Positions 28,160-37,078 of a stretch of DNA of 64,000 bases are shown piece by piece. The position numbers were made by a program, and so were the translations under genes. Source of the DNA: an uncultured Fimbriimonadales bacterium (lineage in GTDB: Bacteria > Armatimonadota > Fimbriimonadia > Fimbriimonadales > GBS-DC); assembly GCA_937992175.1 (NCBI GenBank), contig CALKLF010000008.1, positions 7,847 to 71,846 on the forward strand. Reading direction: 5' to 3'. Position 1 is the stretch's first letter. Each line of letters begins with the position of its first letter. The notes below the pieces were generated by a model. It did not search any database. It was not told where the DNA came from and saw only the letters and a program-made list of their open reading frames with translations.

Positions 28160-28881
28160 CTCCGCGCGCCCTGCCGCGCTTTTTCGTGTCGCCTGACGCC
28201 CTCGAGGCGCGCGCCCTGCCCGTCGAGGTGGCGCATCAGGTTCGGCATGTGCTGCGCCTGAAAGGGGGCGACAGGATTTGCCTGCTGAACGGAGTTGGGG
28301 GCGTTTATCTGGCGCAACTCGGCGAGGGTGCACAGATTACCAGCCTGCAGCCCGCCGCGCTGGAGACCGAACTCCCCGTCGTGGTCGCCGTGTTGCAGTC
28401 GCTCGTTCGCTCGGAGAAAGCGGAGACGGTCGTTCGGCTCTGCGTACAGGGTGGGGCGCAGGCGGTTCACTTCGCCCGTAGCGAACGCTCGCTCGTTAAG
28501 TGGGAGCCGAGTAAGCAACAGAAACATGCTGAACGCTGGCAGAAAATCGCGCGGGAGGAGGCGGAGCTTACCTGTCGCGCTCGGCTGCCTGAGGTGCGTC
28601 TCATGGAAGACTGGCGCGCGGCGTTCCAGAACCTGCCGCGCCCCGTGTTCGTGCTGGACGAGTGGGAAGGCGCGATGCCACTCAAACAATGCTGCCGTCG
28701 CATACCGCTGCCCGACGCGCTGAGCCTCGTGATCGGTCCCGAAGGCGGTTTCAGCCCCGCCGAGCGTGAGTGGATGGCTATGCAACCCGATGTTCATGCC
28801 GTGTCGCTCGGCGCGCGCGTGCTGCGCACAGAAACGGCGGCGTTCTACGCGCTTGCGCAGATTGCAGCGTTGTGGGAATAG
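28156..28881 (+). CDS. rsmE: 16S rRNA m3U1498 methyltransferase
   Basis: HVLRL, IGPEGGFS, SLGARVLRTETA; adjacent to prmA. Confidence 0.95.
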   Translation: MTPRALPRFFVSPDALEARALPVEVAHQVRHVLRLKGGDRICLLNGVGGVYLAQLGEGAQITSLQPAALETELPVVVAVLQSLVRSEKAETVVRLCVQGGAQAVHFARSERSLVKWEPSKQQKHAERWQKIAREEAELTCRARLPEVRLMEDWRAAFQNLPRPVFVLDEWEGAMPLKQCCRRIPLPDALSLVIGPEGGFSPAEREWMAMQPDVHAVSLGARVLRTETAAFYALAQIAALWE

Positions 28882-28914
28882 CGTTCTCAAGCCTGTTTGC
28901 TAACAACTATGAAT

Positions 28915-29011
28915 AGATTCCTCGCTCCGCTCGGAATGACAGTTGTTGTCATGGCTCTTCCCAGAATGACAACAACTGTCATTCCGAGCGGAGCGAGGAA
29001 TCTCGCCTGCT
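28915..29011. repeat. Family B inverted repeat
   Basis: AGATTCCTCGCTCCGCTCGGAATGACAGTTGTTGTCAT...ATGACAACAACTGTCATTCCGAGCGGAGCGAGGAATCT. Confidence 0.9.
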
Positions 29012-29092
29012 CAAAATGATGGGTAGTAGCTTGGGTTTCTTAACACCTGCTTAACATGCCCCCCTGTATAATTTTTCGCGTGGAGGTAAGCC

Positions 29093-30001
29093 ATGCGCAA
29101 TCGAGGTTTTACGCTGATTGAACTGCTGGTAGTCATCGCGATTATCGCGATTCTGGCGGCGATCCTGTTCCCTGTGTTCGCTCAGGCGCGGGAGAAGGCG
29201 CGCCAGACAGGCTGTCTGTCGAATGTGAAGCAAATCGGACTGGGTGTGCAGATGTATATCCAGGACTACGACGAGTATGTGCCGCGGAATGCCTTTGCCG
29301 ATCCGCCCCGCGTGCTGGAGGGCGACCACTTCGTGAACTGCTCCTCGCCCCGCTGGATGGATGTGCTGCAGCCCTACACGAAGAACACCGACATTCACAA
29401 CTGTCCGAGCGACCCGTTCGCGCCAATTCGCGGTACGCTGCCCAACGGTACAGCGCATACCCTCGCTGAGAACAAGCGGTATGTGTATCAGCCTTATTCG
29501 CCCGATGGGCGCGATGTGCGCCGCGAGGCGGACTGCGGCGACCCGAACGGTCAGACGAATGTTGGACGCCGTTTTGGCAGCTACGCGATTAACAATATGT
29601 ACTACGGGGGCTGCGGCAACGGCGTGACCTTCCGCAACAACAACTTCTCCACCTGCACGCCGCCCAACAACAAGCCGCTGGCGATGGCGGCAGAACCTGC
29701 CGACACCGTGCTGATTGCCGAAGTGCAGAACATGGGGCAGAGCGCGGACTTCTATCGCGCCGACCTCGTGCGCGACGATCAGCCCACTCGCGCGGTGGAG
29801 ACCTTCCCGTTCCCCGCGCTGCTGAACCGTCGCAACAACGGCGCGATTCTCGGACGCCACATGAAGCTCTCCAATGTCGTGTGGATGGACGGGCATGCGA
29901 AAGCCGTCACGCTGAACTATCTGGCGGAGACGAACCCGAACATCTGCGGCACGACCTGCGTGATGTTCCGCTTCACGGTGGACGACGACAAGCCACGCTA
30001 A
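29093..30001 (+). CDS. DUF1559 / prepilin-type N-methylation and H-X9-DG domain protein
   Basis: [12 protein letters not shown]..., [23 protein letters not shown]; TATAAT and GGAGG upstream. Confidence 0.95.
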   Translation: MRNRGFTLIELLVVIAIIAILAAILFPVFAQAREKARQTGCLSNVKQIGLGVQMYIQDYDEYVPRNAFADPPRVLEGDHFVNCSSPRWMDVLQPYTKNTDIHNCPSDPFAPIRGTLPNGTAHTLAENKRYVYQPYSPDGRDVRREADCGDPNGQTNVGRRFGSYAINNMYYGGCGNGVTFRNNNFSTCTPPNNKPLAMAAEPADTVLIAEVQNMGQSADFYRADLVRDDQPTRAVETFPFPALLNRRNNGAILGRHMKLSNVVWMDGHAKAVTLNYLAETNPNICGTTCVMFRFTVDDDKPR

Positions 30002-30022
30002 GTTAAACTGTCATCGCCGTTC

Positions 30023-30073
30023 GCGGGGACGCCGACGCTACACGAAACGGGTGCGTAGCGTCGGCGTCCCCGC
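30023..30073. repeat. Family C GTAG-type inverted repeat
   Basis: GCGGGGACGCCGACGCTAC...GTAGCGTCGGCGTCCCCGC. Confidence 0.85.
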
Positions 30074-30139
30074 AGACGATTCTATCGCCTCTCTCGACAG
30101 GTCTGTGTCAGGTAAACTTTTCTTTCGGAGGCAAGCAGG

Positions 30140-30700
30140 ATGGCGAAGGTTCTGGAGAAACCCGCACGGCGCAAACGCAAAATGACCGAGGCAGAATTCA
30201 TGCGCCTGCCTGACGATGGACGCAAGTACGAACTGGTTGACGGGGAGGCAAAGGAAGTGCCTGCGAGTGTGAAGCACGATGTAATCGCGATTGAACTGGC
30301 AGTGCGCCTCAAGCCGCTAGTGGCGGAGGCGGCATACCTTGCAGGGACGCAGGCAGGTTTTCGCATGACAACAGGGAACATTCGCGCCCCTGACCTGTCG
30401 GTGATTTTCAAAAACAGCCTGCCTCAAGGCAAGCTCCCTGACGGTTTCGGCGACCGTGCGCCCGACCTCGCCATCGAAATCGTTTCCCCGAATGAAGATA
30501 TGCCTGACCTGATGCGTAAAATCGGCGAATACTTTGAATCGGGCGCGAAGCAGGTCTGGCTGCTGTTTCCTGAACGCAAGCGGGTCATCGTCTATGACTC
30601 GCCGTTTGAGCAGACCGTCCTCAACGAGAACGACACGCTCACCACGCCACTCATTCCTGAGTTCCGCGCGCGCGTAGGCGATCTATTTGAAGCGGAGTAG
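30140..30700 (+). CDS. Uma2 family endonuclease
   Basis: YELVDG, RAPDL, APDLAIEIVSP, K..Y...G..QVWL. Confidence 0.92.
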   Translation: MAKVLEKPARRKRKMTEAEFMRLPDDGRKYELVDGEAKEVPASVKHDVIAIELAVRLKPLVAEAAYLAGTQAGFRMTTGNIRAPDLSVIFKNSLPQGKLPDGFGDRAPDLAIEIVSPNEDMPDLMRKIGEYFESGAKQVWLLFPERKRVIVYDSPFEQTVLNENDTLTTPLIPEFRARVGDLFEAE

Positions 30701-30709
30701 CCCCCGCCG

Positions 30710-31513
30710 ATGCAGGAGACCCTGATTCGTTTCTGGGAGCGTCAAAGCGACGCGATTCTCAAAAGCGCGTTGCAGGTCGCGCTGATTATCGTGCTGGTGA
30801 TTGTGGCGCGGTGGCTGGGTGGGCGCGTCATTCTGTTCATCACCCGCGCGCTCACCAGTAAAATCGAAATCTCCGAACGCCGACAGGCGCAAATCAAGAC
30901 TATCGGCGCACTGCTCAACAGCATTCTGGGCTATGCGCTGCTGTTCGTCGGGCTGCTCAGCATTCTGGGCGCGCTGGGGGTGAATTTGGGTCCCGTGCTA
31001 GCGACGGTGGGCGTCACGGGACTGGCGGTCAGCTTCGGCGCGCAGCAGCTGGTGCGCGATGTGATTAACGGCTTCTTTATCCTGGTGGAGGATCAGTTCA
31101 CCGTCGGCGAGGAAGTGACCATCGACGGCGTTCACGGCACTGTGGAGACGATGGGCATGCGCATCACCCGCATCCGGGACGATCAGGGTCGGCTGGTGAC
31201 CTTCGCGAACAGCAGCATTAACCGTGTGATAAACCACAGTCGGGGCAAGGCGGCGATTAGCGTGGAGGTGGGCGTCGCGGCGGAGTACGGGCTGACCGCG
31301 GCGCGGGAGTGGCTCAAGGAGACCGTCTGCGTGTTTCGCCATCCTGCGCTGCAGGGCGAGCTGGAGGTGGTGGGACCGCGCACGCTGGACACGACGCGCT
31401 ATACTTTCCAGATTCGGGGACACGCGTTCCCGTCGCAGGCGGATACGGTAGCCGACGCCCTGCGCGAGCATCTGCTCCTGCAGGCGAAAGCGGACGGGAC
31501 GCCGCTCAGTTGA
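30710..31513 (+). CDS. Small-conductance mechanosensitive channel (MscS family)
   Basis: GLAVSFGAQQLVRDVINGFFIL, GTVETMGMRIT. Confidence 0.9.
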   Translation: MQETLIRFWERQSDAILKSALQVALIIVLVIVARWLGGRVILFITRALTSKIEISERRQAQIKTIGALLNSILGYALLFVGLLSILGALGVNLGPVLATVGVTGLAVSFGAQQLVRDVINGFFILVEDQFTVGEEVTIDGVHGTVETMGMRITRIRDDQGRLVTFANSSINRVINHSRGKAAISVEVGVAAEYGLTAAREWLKETVCVFRHPALQGELEVVGPRTLDTTRYTFQIRGHAFPSQADTVADALREHLLLQAKADGTPLS

Positions 31514-31579
31514 CGCAGTGCGGGTTTTAGCAGGAATCTGGCTCAGGCTCTCGAACCTGCCCCTCTCAGGAGGGAGAAA

Positions 31580-31912
31580 ATGCTGATTACTACACTGCCC
31601 GAAGTGCCCGGCTACCGCATCGTGAAGGTGCTGGGCGTTGTGAAAGGGAACACGGTGCGAGCGACCCATCTGGGCAAAGATTTTCTGGCTGGATTGCGCC
31701 AGCTGGTGGGCGGCGAGCTAAAGGAATATACGGAGATGCTCTCCAACGCGCGGGCGGAGTCGGAACGACGCATGATGGAAGAGGCGGCGCGACTGGGCGC
31801 GAACGCCGTCGTGAATGTGCGCTTTGTGTCGGGCAATATCACACAAAATTCCGCCGAGATTCTGGTATACGGCACGGCGGTCGTCGTGGAGCCGATACAG
31901 GGAGAGGGATAG
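31580..31912 (+). CDS. YbjQ / UPF0145 family protein
   Basis: VGGELKEYT, LGANAVVNVRF, YGTAV. Confidence 0.92.
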   Translation: MLITTLPEVPGYRIVKVLGVVKGNTVRATHLGKDFLAGLRQLVGGELKEYTEMLSNARAESERRMMEEAARLGANAVVNVRFVSGNITQNSAEILVYGTAVVVEPIQGEG

Positions 31913-32698
31913 ATGCGTTTACAGGGGCGTGTGGCGTGGATTACGGGCGCGGCGCAGGGGCTGGGCGAGGCGTTGGCGCATCGGCTCGCCCAGGAAGGCT
32001 GCATCGGGCTGGCGCTGAGCGATATTCAGACTGAGAAACTAAACGCCGTCGCCCACGCAATTCACGCCCAACATCCCCACTGTGAGACACTGGCTCTGCC
32101 CTGCGATATTCGCCACGAGCAGGAGGTTGTGGACGCCGCCCTGCATATTGACCGACGATTCGGAAAACTGGATCTCCTCGTGGCGAACGCGGGCGTGATC
32201 CACTCCGCCGAGCTGACCGAGATGACGCTGGAGCAGTGGCAGTGGCAGATTGATGTGAACCTGACGGGCTACTTCCTGTGCGCACGCGAGGCGGCGAAGC
32301 TGATGAAGCGCGGGGGCGGCGGCGCGATAATCCAGATTAACTCTAAATCGGGGCTGAAGGGGAGCTACAAGAACTGCGCCTACGCCGCGAGCAAGTTCGG
32401 CGGGATTGGGCTGACCCAGAGCATCGCGATGGACCTAGCCCCCTACGGGATTCGGGTGAACGCGGTGTGTCCGGGCAACCTGCTCGATTCGCCGATGTGG
32501 CAGGGGACGCTGTTTGAGCAGTACGCGCGGAAGTGGGGACTGCCTGAAGAGGCGATTCGTCGCTATTATGAGGCGCAGGTTCCGCTGGGGCGCGGCTGCA
32601 CTTATGACGATGTGGCGAACCTCGTGGTGTTTCTGGCGTCGAGCGAGGCGAGTTATATTACGGGCGAGGCGTATCGGGTGGCAGGAGGGCAGCTATAA
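31913..32698 (+). CDS. srlD: SDR oxidoreductase, sorbitol-6-phosphate 2-dehydrogenase-like
   Basis: TGAAQGLG, VNLTGYFLCAREAA, QINSKSG, YAASKFGG, CPGNLLDSP. Confidence 0.8.
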   Translation: MRLQGRVAWITGAAQGLGEALAHRLAQEGCIGLALSDIQTEKLNAVAHAIHAQHPHCETLALPCDIRHEQEVVDAALHIDRRFGKLDLLVANAGVIHSAELTEMTLEQWQWQIDVNLTGYFLCAREAAKLMKRGGGGAIIQINSKSGLKGSYKNCAYAASKFGGIGLTQSIAMDLAPYGIRVNAVCPGNLLDSPMWQGTLFEQYARKWGLPEEAIRRYYEAQVPLGRGCTYDDVANLVVFLASSEASYITGEAYRVAGGQL

Positions 32699-33160
32699 CG
32701 AACCAGGTTCATCGTGAGCGCACTCCAGATGCACCCAGCCGTAGCCGCGCTGAGGGGTTATCAGTTGACCAAGGCGAATCGGACGAGCGCAGGCGCGGCA
32801 GAAGCCCTGATAGCGCGCCTCAATCACGCGCCGCGCGGCGCGCTGCTGACGGTCGCGACAGCCGACATGCACCCAGTAGCCCCAGCGGGGGTGGCGCGTG
32901 ATGGGGTCGCCTGGGTTAATCGGCGCGCCGCACCCAGTGCATGTCTCCCGATAGCGCGCGGGGATGATGCGCGGCGGCGGTTCGCGTCGCGGAACGAGAC
33001 GCTCAGTCGCCTGCATCAGTTGTCGCAGAGCTTCCTGATAGCCGCGGCGGGGCGCTTGCGCCACAGGCTCAGGCTGCGCGGGAGCGGGGTTCGCGCCGTT
33101 GTTCTCGCGCAAACGCTGATTCTCTTGCCAGCGACGGTTAATCGGTATTGGCTTTGCCAT
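32693..33160 (-). CDS. Tandem CxxC...HxxC zinc-finger protein (last gene of the ubiquitin-like operon)
   Basis: ARYRETCTGC...WVHVGC and ARYQGFCRAC...WVHLEC; starts 3 nt after the E1 stop. Confidence 0.8.
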   Translation of the reverse strand: MAKPIPINRRWQENQRLRENNGANPAPAQPEPVAQAPRRGYQEALRQLMQATERLVPRREPPPRIIPARYRETCTGCGAPINPGDPITRHPRWGYWVHVGCRDRQQRAARRVIEARYQGFCRACARPIRLGQLITPQRGYGWVHLECAHDEPGSL

Positions 33161-33163
33161 CGT

Positions 33164-34609
33164 TCAGCTCCCTCGCGGGGCAGGAATCGGTTTCCCGCGT
33201 CGCGTGCGTCGGCTCTGGCGCGGGAGGTATCCCTGCAGCCCATACAATCCCTGCCCCAACAGGCTGTCGGGATGCTCCGAGCAGAGCAGGCAGTTCGGGT
33301 TGCGCTCGGCGCGGGCAGGAAACGCCTGTTGCTGGAGCAGGTCGTAATAGACATACGGCTGCACAGGCGCGCACCCCGTAGCTAATTTTACCAGCTCCCA
33401 CGCCAGCAGGTTCCCTACAACGCCGTTGAGGAACACTACCTGCGGGTTCGGGATGTGTTCGCCCTGAATATAGCCGCCGCGGATGGAGAGTTCGCGCTGG
33501 TGGGGGGTGAGCTGCTCCTCCACGCTCTGGCGGACGCCTCGCTCCACGCAGGCGATGCAGGCGGTCTCGCCCGGCAGGATGAGCTGCACCTGCCCGCCGC
33601 CCTGCGCAATCCCCCCGTTCTCGCTGCGCACGCCCACACCCGCGTCCAGATAGGGAATCAGGGCGCACATCGCGACGGTGTTCAGATACTGGCGCACGAC
33701 CGCGCTGTCCACCGCACCGACAATCACATCGCAGCCGAGCAGGTGGGCGAGGACCTGGGGCGTGCGGGCGTCGCGAGGGATGGGGACAATCGTGCGCAGT
33801 TCAGGCGGGCGGGCGCGGTTGAGTCGCAGCGCTAACGCACGCACTTTGCGCCATCCCCGCCGCGCCTGCGCATAACTCGCGCCCACCACCCGATTCAGAT
33901 TGCTCAACTCCAGTCGGTCGGGGTCGATCAGCAGAATCTGCCCGACGCCCAACAGCGCGAGCGCGTTCGCAATCTGCGAGCCTAAGCCCCCTGCGCCCAC
34001 CAGCGCGACGCGAAGGCTGCTCAGAATCGCCTGACCCTCCGCCCCAAACGCGCGAATCTGACGGTCGTACACTGTCCGCTCCGCCCAGTCGAGCCAGAGT
34101 AGTTTTTGTCCTGTGCTGTAGCGCGTTTCGAGGGGCGCGCGGAGGACGCGCAGCCGCACAATCGGCGCGAAGCGCTCCCGCTGATAGTCCCAGAACCGCC
34201 CTTCGAAGCTCATGTCGTTGCCGAACACGAGGCTGCCGTGCCGAAACGGGGGCGACATACTTTGCGTGGTCTGGAACTTCAGCAGGTCGCTGCGGTCGTC
34301 AATGGACGAGAAGCGCGGATTCGTACCCCACGGATGGGTATGCGCCTCCAGCAGGCTGTAGCCCTCGCGAGCGCAGCGCACCAGCAGCCCATGCACGAAC
34401 TCTGGGCGCGTTTCTACCAGGCTGTGGGTGCGATGGGCGTAGGCGTTTTCGGGTACGGGTACGACCTCACGCGCGAGGAATATCACGCGCGATTCGCTCT
34501 CCAGCGTCCGGCAGAGCAGGAAACACTTGGTCTCCACGCTACAGTCGGCGAGCAGAACCGCGCGCAGGCGCGCCCAGAGCGCGTGAGGGAGCCGAACCTC
34601 GCCTATCAT
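33164..34609 (-). CDS. JAB/MPN metallopeptidase fused to a ThiF/E1-like adenylyltransferase
   Basis: E...HTHP-x6-S-x2-D JAMM motif; YDRQ, VGAGGLGS, DPDRLELSNLNR, GAVD, CIAC and CLLC Zn sites. Confidence 0.93.
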   Translation of the reverse strand: MIGEVRLPHALWARLRAVLLADCSVETKCFLLCRTLESESRVIFLAREVVPVPENAYAHRTHSLVETRPEFVHGLLVRCAREGYSLLEAHTHPWGTNPRFSSIDDRSDLLKFQTTQSMSPPFRHGSLVFGNDMSFEGRFWDYQRERFAPIVRLRVLRAPLETRYSTGQKLLWLDWAERTVYDRQIRAFGAEGQAILSSLRVALVGAGGLGSQIANALALLGVGQILLIDPDRLELSNLNRVVGASYAQARRGWRKVRALALRLNRARPPELRTIVPIPRDARTPQVLAHLLGCDVIVGAVDSAVVRQYLNTVAMCALIPYLDAGVGVRSENGGIAQGGGQVQLILPGETACIACVERGVRQSVEEQLTPHQRELSIRGGYIQGEHIPNPQVVFLNGVVGNLLAWELVKLATGCAPVQPYVYYDLLQQQAFPARAERNPNCLLCSEHPDSLLGQGLYGLQGYLPRQSRRTRRGKPIPAPRGS

Positions 34610-35121
34610 TGGAATGGATCGTCGTCAATATCGTCCAGATCGTCCAGAGCCACGATGATGAACTCCGTCGGGTTGCGTTTCCATCGTTTGAGCGCGTCGC
34701 GAATCAGTTCACACACGCTGAGCAGGGAGTGTCCCTCCAGCGGATTGGCGGCTGGCTTCCAGCTATGGATATGCAGGCAGCACGCTGTCCAGCCTTTCAT
34801 CTGGGGCGGGGCGTCCGCCAGTTGGCTGGCGCGATTGGGGTCGAAGCGGGTCTCGTTATAGAAGACATGGCTCGGCTTCCTGCCGTCGGCGAGGCGCAGG
34901 TTGTCGTCGACATAGAACCAGTCGGGCGGCGTCTGCGGGTAGTTCGGCGGCAGCAGGATCAGCACATCGGTTCGCTCGTAGTTATAGCCGGGCGGCAGCG
35001 GGAAGTCCTTGACGACCACCCAGCTGCCGTCTTCATCGTCGTAGTCCGCGCTCTTGGTCTGCGAGTAGCGCGCTGCCGCGAGCGCGACCTCATACGCAAT
35101 CCGCTGGAGCCGCGCGTTCAT
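34606..35121 (-). CDS. Prokaryotic E2/UBC-like protein (Prok-E2 family E-like)
   Basis: WVVVKDFPLPPGYN, LPPNYPQTPPDWFY, GWTACCLH..SWKP; ATGA overlap with the JAB-E1 gene. Confidence 0.88.
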   Translation of the reverse strand: MNARLQRIAYEVALAAARYSQTKSADYDDEDGSWVVVKDFPLPPGYNYERTDVLILLPPNYPQTPPDWFYVDDNLRLADGRKPSHVFYNETRFDPNRASQLADAPPQMKGWTACCLHIHSWKPAANPLEGHSLLSVCELIRDALKRWKRNPTEFIIVALDDLDDIDDDPFQ

Positions 35122-35124
35122 GGC

Positions 35125-35319
35125 TTAGAACGCCCCATCCTCCCAGCGCGGCAGTCGCTCGATGGACGGAACCCGCTCCAGAATCTCGTCGGGCGTGGGC
35201 AGCGGCGTATCCAGCACCATCGGGTCGTTCTCCGTGTTGGGCAGCACGGGCTTCAGCGCAATCTCGAACTCCGTATCGTTAATGCGCACCTTCTCCTTGA
35301 CTGTGGTTGCGTTTGCCAT
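35125..35319 (-). CDS. 64-aa putative ubiquitin-like modifier precursor ending RWEDG-AF
   Basis: First gene of the operon, stop 3 nt before the E2 ATG; near-terminal Gly followed by a 2-aa extension. Confidence 0.7.
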   Translation of the reverse strand: MANATTVKEKVRINDTEFEIALKPVLPNTENDPMVLDTPLPTPDEILERVPSIERLPRWEDGAF

Positions 35320-35352
35320 CGTGATAGACCCCCAATGTCGTCGGATAATGCA

Positions 35353-35404
35353 ATTATACCCCAAACGCCCTGGAAAAGTTTCCAGTCTCTCTGCAGGGTA
35401 TAAT
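35353..35404. promoter_or_regulatory. Back-to-back GGTATAAT -10 boxes for the ubiquitin-like operon (minus, 35353-35358) and sdhB (plus, 35399-35404)
   Basis: Perfect TATAAT on each strand in the divergent intergenic region. Confidence 0.65.
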
Positions 35405-35426
35405 CCTTATTCGGAGGCGAAACCTT

Positions 35427-36242
35427 ATGCAAAATGGCAACGGCACTATCCGCATCATCCGTTTGAAGGTGCGTCGGCAGGATGGACCGAACCAGAAGCC
35501 GTACTGGCAAGAGTTCAGCCTGCCCTATCGCCCGAATATGAATGTCGTCTCCTGCTTGATGGAGATTCAGCGCAACCCCGTCGACAGCAGTGGGCGCGCC
35601 GTTTCGCCCCCCGCATGGGAAGCCGCCTGCCTGGAGCAGGTGTGCGGCACATGCACGATGGTGGTGAACGGCATGGTTCAGCAATCCTGCGCCGCGCTCA
35701 TCGATCAGGTGGGCGTGCACAAGGGGGATACTATCGAGGTCGCCTTAGAGCCGATGAGCAAGTTCCCCGTTGTGCGCGACCTGATTGTCGATCGCAGTCG
35801 GATGTTCGAAGCCCTCAAGAAGCTGCAGGCGTGGGTGCCGATGGACGGCTATCACGACTTGGGTCCCGGTCCGCGGGTGGACGACGCGACGCGCGAGTTG
35901 CGCTATGCGTTCGCGCGGTGTATGACCTGCGGCTGCTGCATGGAGGCGTGCCCGCAGTATAACGAGCATTCAGCGTTTATCGGACCCGCCCCGATTGCGC
36001 AGGCGAAGTTATTTAACCTGCACTACGCGGGCGCAACGCTGGCAAACGAGCGTCTAGAGGTGCTGACGGGGCCCGAGGGCATCACGGGCTGCGGCAACGC
36101 GCAGAACTGCGTGAAGGTGTGTCCCAAGGGCATCCCGCTCACCCGCGCGATTGCTGAGCTGCATCGCGACACGACCCTCTATCGCCTGAAGAAGTGGCTG
36201 GGGATTATTCCCGATAAACTTGTGGGCGAGGGCGCGGAATAA
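35427..36242 (+). CDS. sdhB: Succinate dehydrogenase iron-sulfur subunit
   Basis: CLEQVCGTC, CMTCGCCMEACP, CGNAQNCVKVCP. Confidence 0.95.
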   Translation: MQNGNGTIRIIRLKVRRQDGPNQKPYWQEFSLPYRPNMNVVSCLMEIQRNPVDSSGRAVSPPAWEAACLEQVCGTCTMVVNGMVQQSCAALIDQVGVHKGDTIEVALEPMSKFPVVRDLIVDRSRMFEALKKLQAWVPMDGYHDLGPGPRVDDATRELRYAFARCMTCGCCMEACPQYNEHSAFIGPAPIAQAKLFNLHYAGATLANERLEVLTGPEGITGCGNAQNCVKVCPKGIPLTRAIAELHRDTTLYRLKKWLGIIPDKLVGEGAE

Positions 36243-37078
36243 TGCGCATCTTAGTCACGAACGACGATGGCGTGTACGCCGAGGGGATTCGGGTGCTGGC
36301 GCAGCGGCTGAAGCCCCTCGGCGAGGTCTTTATTGTTGCGCCCGATCGCCCGCGCAGCGCGACGGGGCACTCCATCACGCTGCACAAACCCCTGCGCCTG
36401 CATCGGATTCACCTTCCTGACGGCTCGATTGCCTACGCCACAAACGGCACGCCGACGGACTGCGTAACGCTCGGCGCGCACGCCGTGCTGAACCATCAGG
36501 TCGACCTCGTGGTGTCGGGCATCAACGCCGGTCCGAACCTCGGCTGGGATTTGACCTATTCGGGCACGATAGCGGCGGCGATCGAGGGCGCGATACACGG
36601 GATTAACGCGTTTGCGGTCTCGCTGGCGGCGGAGGAGGTGTTGCCGTTAGCCCGCGCGGAGGCGACGAACGAGCCGTTCCAGAGCGAGCTGCCCCCGATG
36701 CACTACGAGACCGCCGCACTCGCCGCGCTGAACATCGCCCGCCTGCTGCGCGAGCATCCCCTGCCTGAGCATACCTTTCTGAATGTGAATGTGCCGAACC
36801 TGCCGATTCATGAGATCAAGGGCTACCAGATTACCGCGCTTGGCAGGCGACAGTATGCGGATCGAATCGAGTCGCGCGTCGACCCCGCGGGACGCCCTTA
36901 CTACTGGCTCAGCGGCAGCCTTGTGGAGGAACGCGACCAGCCGAGCACGGATGTCTACGCCGTCGCGCACGGCTATGTGTCGATTACCCCCGTGCATCTG
37001 GACTTCACGGCGTACAACCTGCTGGAGCCGATGCAGGAGTGGCTGAGTAAGTTGCGTTTGATTACGGATGGGTGTTAG
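36242..37078 (+). CDS. surE: 5'/3'-nucleotidase SurE
   Basis: MRILVTNDDG, GTPTDC, SGINAGPN, YSGT, VSITP. Confidence 0.97.
   Translation: MRILVTNDDGVYAEGIRVLAQRLKPLGEVFIVAPDRPRSATGHSITLHKPLRLHRIHLPDGSIAYATNGTPTDCVTLGAHAVLNHQVDLVVSGINAGPNLGWDLTYSGTIAAAIEGAIHGINAFAVSLAAEEVLPLARAEATNEPFQSELPPMHYETAALAALNIARLLREHPLPEHTFLNVNVPNLPIHEIKGYQITALGRRQYADRIESRVDPAGRPYYWLSGSLVEERDQPSTDVYAVAHGYVSITPVHLDFTAYNLLEPMQEWLSKLRLITDGC

Noticed and set aside
33164-35121. E1/E2/JAB genes as CBASS ancillary Cap2/Cap3
   Set aside because: No CD-NTase or effector nearby, and the fusion is JAB-E1 rather than E2-E1.
33164-35319. ThiF plus small protein as a ThiS/MoaD sulfur-carrier system
   Set aside because: An E2-like gene is present, there is no rhodanese domain or thiamine/molybdopterin/cysteine synthesis gene nearby, and the small protein lacks a GG end.
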